Shown here piece by piece: positions 19,503-28,713 of a stretch of DNA of 64,000 bases; position 1 is the first letter of the stretch, and each line of letters begins with the position of its first letter. The notes below the pieces were generated by a model. It was not told the origin of the DNA. It ran no database searches and was given only the letters and a program-made list of their open reading frames with translations. The DNA comes from Lichenicoccus sp. (GTDB lineage: Bacteria > Pseudomonadota > Alphaproteobacteria > Acetobacterales > Acetobacteraceae): assembly GCF_965276875.1 (NCBI RefSeq), contig NZ_OZ255701.1, positions 2,752,440-2,816,439 on the forward strand, read 5' to 3'. The position numbers were made by a program, and so were the translations under genes.

Positions 19503-20521
19503 GACATCTGCTCGTCCTGGCCGCTTGGCTTTTGCTCTCGACGCCGGCGCTGGCAGCCCCCAGCGTTCTGGTGCAGACGCAGCCGCCGCATCGTGGCGCG
19601 CTGCCGCGTCTGCTCGACACCTACGGCACCATCCAGGCGGCGCCGGGCGGCGGCAGCGAAACCATCAGCCTGCCGCGGCCGAGCGAGGTGACGGCGCTCT
19701 CGGTGTACGCCGGCGAGCCGGTTCATGCGGGGCAAATGCTGCTCGCCTTGCGCGCGGATCCGGCGTCGGTCGCCGCCTACCAGCAGGCGGTGGCGGCGCT
19801 GACCCAGGCACGCGGCAACCATACCAGGGCGACGGAGATGCTGCGCGAGCATCTCGGCACAAGGGACCAGTTGGCGCTGGCGGTGCAGGCGCAGCAGGAT
19901 GCGCAGGCCAATCTCGACGCGATTGAGCGCAGCGGTGGCGGCGCGCCGGAGCAGACCGTCTCCGCCGCCTTCGACGGGGTGGTGTCGGCGGTGCTGGTGG
20001 CGCAGGGTGCGCGGGTGGCGGCGAACACGCCGCTGCTGACCGTGGTGCGCAGCGCGGGGCTGGTCGCGGCGGTGGGCATCGAGCCGGGGCAGAGCGACAA
20101 GGTGGCGGTGGGCCAGCCGGCGACGATCGTGCCGCTCTATGGCGATGCCACCGCCCAGGGACGGGTCGGCTCGGTCGGCGGGCTGCTCGATCCGCGCACC
20201 AGACTGGTGCCGGCGATGATCGCGCCGCCACCCGGAGCCTCGATGACGCCTGGTACGCCGGTGCGGGTGGCGATCACCACCGGCTCGATGGACGGTTGGC
20301 TGGTGCCGCGCGACGCGGTCTCCACCGACGCGCATGGTCCGCATGTCTTTGTCGTGGGTGCCGGCAAGGCACATCGGGTCGAGGTGAAGATCGTAGGCCA
20401 CGCGGGCGACACCACGGTGGTCAGCGGCACGCTCGATATGGCGACACCGCTGGTGACCTCGGGCAATACCCAGTTGCATGACGGCGAGGACGTCCGCACC
20501 GACAGTTCGGGCAGCCAGTGA
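19499..20521 (+). CDS. RND efflux periplasmic adaptor (MFP) subunit
   Basis: The GTG overlaps the upstream stop (GTGA). It has a signal peptide and an HlyD/biotinyl-lipoyl-like architecture. Confidence 0.9.
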   Translation: MRHLLVLAAWLLLSTPALAAPSVLVQTQPPHRGALPRLLDTYGTIQAAPGGGSETISLPRPSEVTALSVYAGEPVHAGQMLLALRADPASVAAYQQAVAALTQARGNHTRATEMLREHLGTRDQLALAVQAQQDAQANLDAIERSGGGAPEQTVSAAFDGVVSAVLVAQGARVAANTPLLTVVRSAGLVAAVGIEPGQSDKVAVGQPATIVPLYGDATAQGRVGSVGGLLDPRTRLVPAMIAPPPGASMTPGTPVRVAITTGSMDGWLVPRDAVSTDAHGPHVFVVGAGKAHRVEVKIVGHAGDTTVVSGTLDMATPLVTSGNTQLHDGEDVRTDSSGSQ

Positions 20522-23500
20522 GCAAGCAGAATCCTCAGCGCGGTTTTGTCGCGCGCCATACCCGCTCGATCCTCGCCGTGCTGCTGGCCCTGGCGGTCGC
20601 GGGCGTGCTCTCGGCGACAGTACTGCCGATGCGTCTGTTCCCGCAGGTCGCCTTCCCGCGCATCCTGATCGATGTGAATGCGGGGGCGAGGCCGGCGCAA
20701 CAGACGGTGCTGCTCGTCACGATCCCGCTCGAGCAGGCGGTGCGCGGGGTGCCTGGTGTGCGCACCATGCGCTCGACCACCAGCCGCGGCTCGGTGCAGA
20801 TCGCGCTGGACTTTCCCTGGGGCACCAACATGGTGGCGACCGCCACCGAGGTGAACGCGGCCGTCGCCCAGACCCTGCCGAGCCTGCCTGCCGGCGCGCA
20901 GTATCAGGTGCGACGGATGAACCCCACGGTCTATCCGATCATCGCCTACTCGCTGTCGTCGAAGACCATCAGCGCCGTGGCGCAACGTGATCTGGTGCAA
21001 TACCAGATCGTGCCGCTGCTGACCGCGATCCCCGGGGTGGCGCATGTCGGCGTCCAAGGCGGCCAGGTCGAGGAGATCGAGGTCCTCGTCGACCCGCATC
21101 GGCTCGCAGCGCACGGGCTGGCGCTGTCCGACGTGGTGCTCGCTTTGTCCAAGGCCAACGTGCTGAGCGTGGTCGGCCGCATGCAGGACCATGACAAGCT
21201 GCTGCTGCTGGCACTTGACGACACCATCCGCCAGATCGCCCAGGTGCGGCAGACGGTGCTGCAGTCTGGTCCGGGCGGCGTGGTGCATGTCGGCGATGTG
21301 GCGGCGGTCCGCGAAGGCTCGGAGCCGCAATGGATACGCATCGGCGAGGACGGCCATCCGTCGGTGCAGTTCCAGGTCTACCAGCAGCCGAGCGGCAACA
21401 GTGTGGCAATCTCGGCGGCGGTGCGCGAGGCGCTTGCCGACTACCGGCCGCAGATGCCGCCCGGCGTGACACTCACCAAATGGTATGACCAGAGCATGCT
21501 GGTGACGCAATCCACCGGCAGCGTCCGTGACGCGGTGCTGATCGGGTTGGGGCTCGCGGGTCTCGTGCTCTACGCCTTTTTGCGCAGCCTGCGGGTGACG
21601 GCGGTGGCGATGCTGGTGGTGCCGGCGACGCTGGCCACCACCGTGCTGCTGCTCGAGATGCTGGGCATGACCTTCAACATCATGACCCTGGGCGGCATCG
21701 CGGCCGCCGTCGGCCTGGTGATCGACGACGTGATTACCATGGTCGAGCATCTCGCCCGGCGCGCCGGCCAGAACGGCGCCGCCGACGACGCGAACGGCGA
21801 TAGTCCGGTGCTGCGCGCCGGGCGCGAGTTCCTGCCGCCGCTGAGCGGCTCCAGCACGGCGACCTTGCTGGTGTTCCTGCCGCTGATTTTTCTCGGCGGC
21901 GTCACCGGGGCTTTCTTCAAGGCGCTATCGCTGACAATGGCCGCCGCCCTGATCATCTCCTACGGCCTGACCGCGCTGGCGGTGCCGGTGCTGACCCGTC
22001 TGCTGGTCAATTTCGACAAATGGAAGGACCCGGGCGACGCGCCGGAGGGCCGTGTTGGGCGCGCGCACCGCTGGGCCCTGGACAAGCTGTTCGCGCGGCC
22101 CTGGCTGCTGCTGCTGGGGCTGGCGCCGCTGCTGGTGCTCGGCTGGTTCGCCTTCAACAATGTCGGCAGCGGCTTCATGCCGGAGATGGACGAGGGCGGC
22201 TTCGTGCTCGACTACGTCTCCGCACCAGGCACGTCGCTTGCCGAAACCAGGCGCGAGCTGGCGCAGGTCGAGCAGATCCTGCGCGGCATCCCGTCGGTTG
22301 CGACCTTCTCCAGCCGGATCGGCACCGGCCTCGGCGGCGGCCTTAGCGAACCCAATACCGGCGACCTGTTCGTGCTGCTCAAGACCGGCGCGCGTCCGCC
22401 GATCACCAGCATCATGGAACAGGTGCAGGATCGTATCGACGCGCAGGTCCCGGGCCTCGACGTCTCGCTCGCACAGCTCATGCAGGACCTGATCGGCGAT
22501 CTCACCGCGGTGCCGGAGCCGATCGAGGTCAAGCTGTTCGCCGACGATCCGGCCAAGCTGGCGCCTGCCGCCAAGAAGATTTCCGCCGCCATCGCCAAGG
22601 TGCAGGGCGTGGTCTCGGTGCGCGACGGGATCGTGATTGCCGGCGATGGATTGCGGATCAAGCTCGATCCGACCAAGGCGGCAATCGAGGGCGTCGACAG
22701 TGCGGAGGTCGAAAGCGCGCTGAACACCTACCTGACCGGCACTGTGGCCACCCAGATGCCGCGGCCGCTCAAGCAGATTGGCGTGCGCGTCTGGCTGCCG
22801 CCTGGCATGCGTCGCTACGACGACCAGCTCGCGAACCTGCCGATACGGGCACCCGACGGCCATGTGTTCGCCCTGGGTCGTATCGCGACGATCACCCCCG
22901 CACCCGGCGAGCCGGAGATCGAGCGGCAGAACCTCGCCCGCATGGTGGCGGTGACGGCACGGCTACAGGGCCGCTCGCTGGGTGCTGCGGTCGGCGACGT
23001 AATAAAAGTGCTCAACCGCCCCGGCATGATGCCCCAGGGCGTGCGCTACGAAATGGGCGGCCTCTATGCACAACAGCAGATCGCGTTCGCCGGGCTGATC
23101 CGGGTGTTTGCCGCGGCCGTTGTCGCGGAGTTCGTGCTGTTGCTGTTCCTGTATGAGAGTTTCGCGATCGCCGCGATCGTGCTCACGGCGGCGCTGCTCT
23201 CGGCGATCGCGGTGTTCGCCGGGCTATGGTTCACCAATGTGCAGCTGAACATCACCGCGATCATGGGTATGACCATGATCATCGGCATTGGCACCGAAAT
23301 GGCGATCTTCCTGGTTTCCGAATGGGTCGACCTGAAGGCCGAAATGCCGCCGCGCGACGCCCTGCTGGAAGCCGCCCGCAACCGCTTCCGCCCGATTGCG
23401 ATGACCACGCTCGCCGCCATCCTGACCTTGCTGCCGCTCGCCCTTGCGTTCAGCCGCGGCTCGGGCCTGCAACAACCGCTGGCTATCGCGATCATTTCCG

Positions 23501-23601
23501 GCTTGATCGTGCAGATGCCGCTGGTGCTGTTCGCAATGCCCGTCGTCATCGGCTTTACCCTGCCGAAGGCAGAGCGGTCGCAGTCGCCGCACGGGGCATA
23601 G
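20518..23601 (+). CDS. RND efflux transporter permease subunit
   Basis: GTGA overlap with the upstream gene. About 1027 aa with 12 TM and two large periplasmic loops. The TM4 motif AVGLVIDDVITMVEH is present. The substrate class cannot be decided from sequence. Confidence 0.95.
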   Translation: MSKQNPQRGFVARHTRSILAVLLALAVAGVLSATVLPMRLFPQVAFPRILIDVNAGARPAQQTVLLVTIPLEQAVRGVPGVRTMRSTTSRGSVQIALDFPWGTNMVATATEVNAAVAQTLPSLPAGAQYQVRRMNPTVYPIIAYSLSSKTISAVAQRDLVQYQIVPLLTAIPGVAHVGVQGGQVEEIEVLVDPHRLAAHGLALSDVVLALSKANVLSVVGRMQDHDKLLLLALDDTIRQIAQVRQTVLQSGPGGVVHVGDVAAVREGSEPQWIRIGEDGHPSVQFQVYQQPSGNSVAISAAVREALADYRPQMPPGVTLTKWYDQSMLVTQSTGSVRDAVLIGLGLAGLVLYAFLRSLRVTAVAMLVVPATLATTVLLLEMLGMTFNIMTLGGIAAAVGLVIDDVITMVEHLARRAGQNGAADDANGDSPVLRAGREFLPPLSGSSTATLLVFLPLIFLGGVTGAFFKALSLTMAAALIISYGLTALAVPVLTRLLVNFDKWKDPGDAPEGRVGRAHRWALDKLFARPWLLLLGLAPLLVLGWFAFNNVGSGFMPEMDEGGFVLDYVSAPGTSLAETRRELAQVEQILRGIPSVATFSSRIGTGLGGGLSEPNTGDLFVLLKTGARPPITSIMEQVQDRIDAQVPGLDVSLAQLMQDLIGDLTAVPEPIEVKLFADDPAKLAPAAKKISAAIAKVQGVVSVRDGIVIAGDGLRIKLDPTKAAIEGVDSAEVESALNTYLTGTVATQMPRPLKQIGVRVWLPPGMRRYDDQLANLPIRAPDGHVFALGRIATITPAPGEPEIERQNLARMVAVTARLQGRSLGAAVGDVIKVLNRPGMMPQGVRYEMGGLYAQQQIAFAGLIRVFAAAVVAEFVLLLFLYESFAIAAIVLTAALLSAIAVFAGLWFTNVQLNITAIMGMTMIIGIGTEMAIFLVSEWVDLKAEMPPRDALLEAARNRFRPIAMTTLAAILTLLPLALAFSRGSGLQQPLAIAIISGLIVQMPLVLFAMPVVIGFTLPKAERSQSPHGA

Positions 23602-23722
23602 GTTCGAACCGTGCTTGTCATCCTCTTTACACAGCGATGTGTAGCCCCGCTCCGACAAAATAAACTGATCGGCCGTCAGGGGAAATGTCAGGAGCATCAT
23701 CTGTTCTGAGGCGGCTACCCTC

Positions 23723-24487
23723 ATGGAACAAGGCCTGATGACTTCACAGTTCTGGCTATGGTTCGACGTGATCGCCATGCTTGCCGGCGGCAGCCTGATC
23801 CTCGCCATCGGCAAACGTCGCACCGGCCATGAGGAGGCGCACACCGTTATCCACGGCATCGTGCCCATCATCGCCGCTTGTCTTTATCTGCTGATGGCGA
23901 CCGGCCAGGGCAGCATCCTGCTGCCGATCCTGCCCGGCAGTGCCACGACACGCATCTTCTATTTCGGACGCTATATCGACTGGACCTTCACCACGCCGCT
24001 CCTGCTCATGGGTCTGGCCTACACAAGCATGCCGAGCGGCCTGCGCCGCGGCGGCGCTATTCTCGGCATGCTGCTCGCGGACGTGATGATGATCGGGACC
24101 GCTTTGGCGTTCGGCGCCTCGGTGGTCGAATGGATCAAGTGGACCTGGTTCATCGTCTCCTGCGTGGCGTTCCTCGGCGTCTACTACGTCATGTGGGTGG
24201 CGCTGCTTCAGGAAGCCGGGCGCGAACGCGCAAAGGTGCGGTCCGACTATGTTCGCGACGCCGCGATCCTCTCGGTTCTGTGGTTTCTTTATCCGGTAAT
24301 CCTGGGTCTCGGCACCGACGGCACCGGTATCCTGAGCAGCACGACCAGCGTCGCCTTGATTGCGATCGTCGACCTGCTCTCGAAGGTCGCCTACGGCCTG
24401 CTGAGCACCGTCAGCACCGGTAAGCTGGTTGACGAGGATCTCAACGACGAAGGGAAGGTTACGGCCTCGGCACGCCGGGCGGCCTGA
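23723..24487 (+). CDS. Microbial (type-1) rhodopsin, D-T-G helix-C motif
   Basis: Seven TM. Helix C is RYIDWTFTTPLLLMG, aligning to bacteriorhodopsin RYADWLFTTPLLLLD; this gives D86, T90 and G97 at the BR 85, 89 and 96 positions. Helix F has WFLYP. Helix G is DLLSKVAYG, with the Schiff-base Lys at K221 and the counter-ion at D217. Confidence 0.85.
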   Translation: MEQGLMTSQFWLWFDVIAMLAGGSLILAIGKRRTGHEEAHTVIHGIVPIIAACLYLLMATGQGSILLPILPGSATTRIFYFGRYIDWTFTTPLLLMGLAYTSMPSGLRRGGAILGMLLADVMMIGTALAFGASVVEWIKWTWFIVSCVAFLGVYYVMWVALLQEAGRERAKVRSDYVRDAAILSVLWFLYPVILGLGTDGTGILSSTTSVALIAIVDLLSKVAYGLLSTVSTGKLVDEDLNDEGKVTASARRAA

Positions 24488-24996
24488 TGGTCCTGACCGA
24501 TCTTGCCGCGCACTGGTTTCGGAACGCGGCCGGGGGACTGCCGGATCGGTGGCGGCAGCGACGATCATCCGGGGCAAGAGCGGGACGCTCGGTTCCGATC
24601 ACGTTGCTCACCATCGGTATCGGGGCCGCGCTATGGCCGCTGGTGGGGGACGGGCCATTCAACATGCATCTGCTGTCGTTGACGATCCGTGGCCTTGCCG
24701 CACTAACCTTGCCGCACATTCTGCTCGACGCCCTTTCAGCCACGCCGATCTGGCGCCGGATCGTGTCGCGAATGCAAGTCAAGGACGGCGTCACTGTCTG
24801 GCGACGACAATGCACTTCATTCTTGGCCCCATTTCTGTCCAGTCCGTATGCTCCAGCGGATCGGAAGGATCGGCAGCACGATCCACACAATATGGGTTCC
24901 TGCAGTCACGGTCGGATCCTTCCAGCACGCGGCAAGCCCGGCCCGCTACATTGCGGTCAGGAGAGTTTGATCCAAGGGTCAAGCCTGGTTCCATGA
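24487..24996 (+). CDS. Hypothetical ORF translationally coupled to the rhodopsin (possibly a degenerate Brp/Blh remnant)
   Basis: Its ATG overlaps the rhodopsin stop (TGATG). Only the first ~85 aa look membrane-like (..ITLLTIGIGAALWPL.. ..LTIRGLAALTLPHILLD..). The rest is low-complexity or non-membrane, and GC falls after ~24700. Coding status is doubtful. Confidence 0.25.
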   Translation: MVLTDLAAHWFRNAAGGLPDRWRQRRSSGARAGRSVPITLLTIGIGAALWPLVGDGPFNMHLLSLTIRGLAALTLPHILLDALSATPIWRRIVSRMQVKDGVTVWRRQCTSFLAPFLSSPYAPADRKDRQHDPHNMGSCSHGRILPARGKPGPLHCGQESLIQGSSLVP

Positions 24997-25068
24997 AGGG
25001 AACATGGGCAAGGAGGAAAACCGGGTGCTGTACGCAGGCCGCAGCGCAAGAGACGTTGTCGCATCCCA

Positions 25069-25428
25069 TCACGATGCCGTCTCCTCCAAAAGCACCGTCG
25101 CACATGTTCCTGTCGTCAGGTCCACCCGCACCTCGCGCGCAACCGGCACCGGCCTGACCTCCCGTCCTTCCCGTTCCAGCCGGATCAGACCGTGGCCGGC
25201 GAGCAGTTGAAGGGAACGCGAGACATTTGGCTGGGCGCGGCCCGTCAGGGCGACGAGCTCCGCGATTGTCGTCGGCCGCTCCCGAAGCACAACACCAAGC
25301 AGGTCGAGTGCTTCCCGTGACAGGGCGGCTAGCAGGGGTGCCGCCGGCAGTGGCGCGGCGCGTCGCTCCCCGCGTGCTACGCCCCGCATCTCCTCGCGTA
25401 GGTCAGAAAGACTCTTCCGCGCCATCAT
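25069..25428 (-). CDS. MarR/winged-HTH-like small DNA-binding protein (putative antitoxin/regulator)
   Basis: The translation ..LSREALDLLGVVLRERPTTIAELVALTGRAQPNVSRSLQLLAGHGLIRLEREGR.. is a winged helix. The start overlaps the upstream gene by 26 nt. Confidence 0.7.
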   Translation of the reverse strand: MMARKSLSDLREEMRGVARGERRAAPLPAAPLLAALSREALDLLGVVLRERPTTIAELVALTGRAQPNVSRSLQLLAGHGLIRLEREGREVRPVPVAREVRVDLTTGTCATVLLEETAS

Positions 25429-25807
25429 CGTCCTCCGGCTCCAGTTCCACGTCCTCTGCCTTGAATTCAAACGCCACACCCTCCTGGCGGCATGCCATCT
25501 CCACCGCCGCAAAGAAGTCGCAGATCAGCTCGTCCGCACCTTGGTTATTGTAGCGCACCAGCTCGGCCGTTCTTCGAAAGCGGTGCCGATGGTCGTAGGC
25601 CTCAGCGCGGGGCAAGCCGTGGGCGTTGTCGAAGCCAAGCAGGCGTCTCCGGTCTACGTCGTGCAGCGTGAACGAGTATCTAATCCCATATGGCCGCTCC
25701 GTCGTCGTAGCCGTCTGCGCTATCCGGAAGCGAATGCTCCACCCATTTGCCAGCCAATAGCGACGCCGGTCATAATCGAGCAGTCGGTGCATCGCCTCGT
25801 CCGTCAT
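25403..25807 (-). CDS. Small conserved protein, DUF6516/'TumE'-like (putative toxin component)
   Basis: The translation ..GIRYSFTLHD...RLLGFDNAHG.......YDHRH.. plus an acidic tail matches my recollection of that family. This is unverified. Confidence 0.6.
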   Translation of the reverse strand: MTDEAMHRLLDYDRRRYWLANGWSIRFRIAQTATTTERPYGIRYSFTLHDVDRRRLLGFDNAHGLPRAEAYDHRHRFRRTAELVRYNNQGADELICDFFAAVEMACRQEGVAFEFKAEDVELEPEDDDGAEESF

Positions 25808-25995
25808 ATTTCCATATATCTAGTGATGATATGATTTGCAAGGGAGGATGCCAAGCGATGACCGATCAAGAGCACGAGCTTGACCGTTGTCCCGCGATGG
25901 TTTTGAAAGCGGCTTTCCATGCCGACGAGGAGTCGGGGCGGGCCGTCATTCCCCTCATGTCGAGGTGTCAGCTGCCGGCGGCGAGTAGAAGGTTC

Positions 25996-27441
25996 TCAAC
26001 GAAACCTCTCGACCTCCTGCCAAAAGGCGGCCTTGCGGCCGTGGGCGGTTCTGAGGCCTTGGGCATACGCCGCGTGATCGGGTTTGCCGTTGAAGTCGGT
26101 GATGCGCGAGGCGAGGCTGGCGCAGTCGGCGAGGTGGCGGGCAGCATGCTTGTAGCGTGTTGCGCGCGTTTGTTCGAGCGTGAAGTCGATCATTGCCCGG
26201 CGCAGCAGGGTGGCGGCGAGGGGGTATTTGTCGTCGAGCGCATCGGCGGCGGGGCTCAGGAATTCGTAGAGATCGCCGTTCAGCCGGTGGGCCTCGGCCA
26301 GCACCAATTCGTTGGCCTGGTGCAAAGCGGGCCAGTTGACCAGGAAAGCCAGAGCCTGGTGGACGTCCCGGTAGGTGAGGGCGTGCGCCAGGGCGCGTTG
26401 CTCGGCCTCGAAATCCTCGAAGTCGGGCAGCCGGCGTAGGTGCTCGCGCAGGTGCGTTTCGTTCAGCGTGTCGAGGAACCGCTGCCAACGATAGTCCTGG
26501 GCTTGCTCGGCGCGGTTGAGCGCCTCGAGCGTATCAAGGTGCGCCTGCTCCCACTCTATCGGCGCCCGCGCGCGCCTCGCAGGGTCGACGGCCTCCAACG
26601 CTTGCTTCGCGTCCGTCGGACGGCCCGCGTCGAGCAGGCGCCGTGCGATCGCGGCGGCGGCAAGCGGGGTCTTGCGCGCGGCCAGGTCGATTTGCGCGAT
26701 GTAGCCGTCAACGTTGCCCTGCGCGTCGGCAATTTGCTGGAGAACGAAGCTTGCGACGGAGCGGCGATGGCTGGACTCGATCTGGTCCGCATAAATGTTT
26801 CCCGAACTGCTCCAGCCGACCACCCGCCGCTCGCGCTCGGGAGGGACGGGCACCTTCTGCGCCTTGAACGCCTGCATGAGCGTCTTGATGCGGGCAAGCC
26901 CGGGGACGCCCAACTGTGGCGCAAGGGTCGGGACCAGCGCATCCCACGTGTCATACTGGTCGCGTCGCAACGCCTCGAAAGCGCGTTCGGCAAGACCCAC
27001 CGGGTCCAGCTTGGCAGCCTGCGCCAACGGCCCGAGGTCACGCACGGCGCCCTGGAAAATTTCGGTGAGCCGTCCGCTGCGGTCATCGCTGCGAGCGAAC
27101 ACCGACTGCGCGCAGCCGACCAGTTGCCAGAGCAGCTCGAACGCCTCGCGCGGATCGCCCGGTGCCAGCAGGTCGAGGATGGCGCGGCGCTGCGACTCCA
27201 GGTCGGCGGCCAGCGATTTGACCTGTTGGGCGTCCATGAAGCCGCGGGCCTTGGCGATGCTCGCCAGCCGCTTGCCCACCTCGCGGCTCGCCTCCGCCGG
27301 GCCGGCATTGCCCGCGAGTGCCAGGCGCAGCCGACGCTTGGCCGCGGCGCTGCCGGTGCTGATCTCGATCAGAAGTGCCGCCAGCCGTGCGGCCCCAAGT
27401 GTCTCGAGGTTGGCCGCGTTGAGTGTCTTGCCAGATGCCAT
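25996..27441 (-). CDS. Large alpha-helical hypothetical protein (DUF6880-like)
   Basis: A clean 481-aa ORF with non-artefactual composition. I recognise no catalytic motif. Confidence 0.65.
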   Translation of the reverse strand: MASGKTLNAANLETLGAARLAALLIEISTGSAAAKRRLRLALAGNAGPAEASREVGKRLASIAKARGFMDAQQVKSLAADLESQRRAILDLLAPGDPREAFELLWQLVGCAQSVFARSDDRSGRLTEIFQGAVRDLGPLAQAAKLDPVGLAERAFEALRRDQYDTWDALVPTLAPQLGVPGLARIKTLMQAFKAQKVPVPPERERRVVGWSSSGNIYADQIESSHRRSVASFVLQQIADAQGNVDGYIAQIDLAARKTPLAAAAIARRLLDAGRPTDAKQALEAVDPARRARAPIEWEQAHLDTLEALNRAEQAQDYRWQRFLDTLNETHLREHLRRLPDFEDFEAEQRALAHALTYRDVHQALAFLVNWPALHQANELVLAEAHRLNGDLYEFLSPAADALDDKYPLAATLLRRAMIDFTLEQTRATRYKHAARHLADCASLASRITDFNGKPDHAAYAQGLRTAHGRKAAFWQEVERFR

Positions 27442-27579
27442 GGCATCTTGTGACGCGATCGGCCGGCTTGCTCAAGCACAGCCATTTCGGCAAGTCTGAC
27501 GCCATACTTGTGCGAGATACTTGTGTTAGCAGGGCAGCACGATCGGGAGGGTGGCAACGCAAAGGAGGGCACGCTTGGG

Positions 27580-28713
27580 ATGAATACGCAGGCCGCCGGC
27601 CGCTTCGGGCTGCCTTCCGATGATGGCGGCAAGGATCTCGGCATGTTCCTGCCGATCGCCAATGGCGGTTGGATCCTGTCCTCAACGGCGCCGCCAATCG
27701 ATGCGTCCTATGCCTATAACCGCACGGCGGCGCTGCTGGCCGAGGGAGTCGGGCTCGACTTCATCATGTCGATGGCCAAGTGGCGCGGCTATGGCGGTGC
27801 GACGCGGCACTGGAGTTGCGCGCTCGACTCGCAGATCCTGATGACGGCGCTCGCTGTCGAGACCAGGCGCGTCAAGGTTTGGGCAACGGTGCATACGCTG
27901 CTGCAGAACCCTGCCGTTACCGCCAAGATGATCGCCACCCTCGACCACATAAGCGGCGGCCGTGTCGGGCTGAACGTCGTCCCTGGCGCCTATCGTGGCG
28001 AGTTCGAGCAGATGGGGGCCTGGCCAGGCGCGATCAGTCACGACGAGCGCTACGACCTTGCAACGGAATGGGTGCGCGCGGTCAAGCGGCTCTGGTCGGA
28101 ACCCTCAGTCACCCAGGAGGGCCGCTATTTCACGCTGCGCGACTGCCAGTCCGAACCCAAGCCGGTGCAGACGCCGCGGCCGTTCCTGGTCGCCGCCGGC
28201 ATGTCCGAGCGCGGCATGCGCTTTACCGTCGAGCAGACCGACGCGCTGTTCGTCGGCGGCAGCGACGACGACGAACTGCGCTGCGTCAGCTTGCGTGCGA
28301 AGGAGATGGCGCGCGCGGCCGGGCGACGGCTGCGCACCTATGCCATGCTGATCCTGGTGATCGAGGATAGCGATGCCGCGGCAGAGGCGGCGCTGAAGCA
28401 CTACCGCGCCGGCTTCGACAAGGAAGCCTTCTTCGGCATGATGCGCTCGTACGGTATGATCGATTCCGAGATCGGCCACGAAAACAGCTTCACCGCGCGC
28501 GCACGGTCCGCACTGATGGCGCCCTACGCCGCGGGGGGCGCCGCGAGCATTGTCAAACGCATGACGCATTTGCTGGGCGATTGCGCGCTTGACGGCTTGA
28601 TGCTGATCTTTCCCGACTATCACGCCGGGCTCAGGCGGCTTGGCGCCGAAATCCTGCCGGCCCTGCGTGAACGTTTTCCTGCTAAAGCTCGCCCCGATCG
28701 GCAAGCGCCTTGA
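27580..28713 (+). CDS. LLM-class (luciferase-like) flavin-dependent monooxygenase
   Basis: AAAGGAGGG RBS sits ~10 nt upstream. The translation ..GMFLPIANGGWI..DFIMSMAKWRGYGG..LDHISGGRVGLNVV.. resembles RutA/LLM family members. Confidence 0.9.
   Translation: MNTQAAGRFGLPSDDGGKDLGMFLPIANGGWILSSTAPPIDASYAYNRTAALLAEGVGLDFIMSMAKWRGYGGATRHWSCALDSQILMTALAVETRRVKVWATVHTLLQNPAVTAKMIATLDHISGGRVGLNVVPGAYRGEFEQMGAWPGAISHDERYDLATEWVRAVKRLWSEPSVTQEGRYFTLRDCQSEPKPVQTPRPFLVAAGMSERGMRFTVEQTDALFVGGSDDDELRCVSLRAKEMARAAGRRLRTYAMLILVIEDSDAAAEAALKHYRAGFDKEAFFGMMRSYGMIDSEIGHENSFTARARSALMAPYAAGGAASIVKRMTHLLGDCALDGLMLIFPDYHAGLRRLGAEILPALRERFPAKARPDRQAP

Noticed and set aside
23602-23722. A possible sigma70-like promoter (TTGTCA ... 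TGTGTA) in the AT-richer gap before the rhodopsin.
   Set aside because: The hexamers and spacing are weak. It cannot be distinguished from read-through from the RND operon without transcript data.
24429-25157. Alternative ORFs across the rhodopsin-downstream gap: 24429..25157(+), 24459..24890(-) and 24791..25105(-).
   Set aside because: Their translations lack any recognisable fold or motif and have an artefact-like composition. The region looks like decayed or non-coding DNA.
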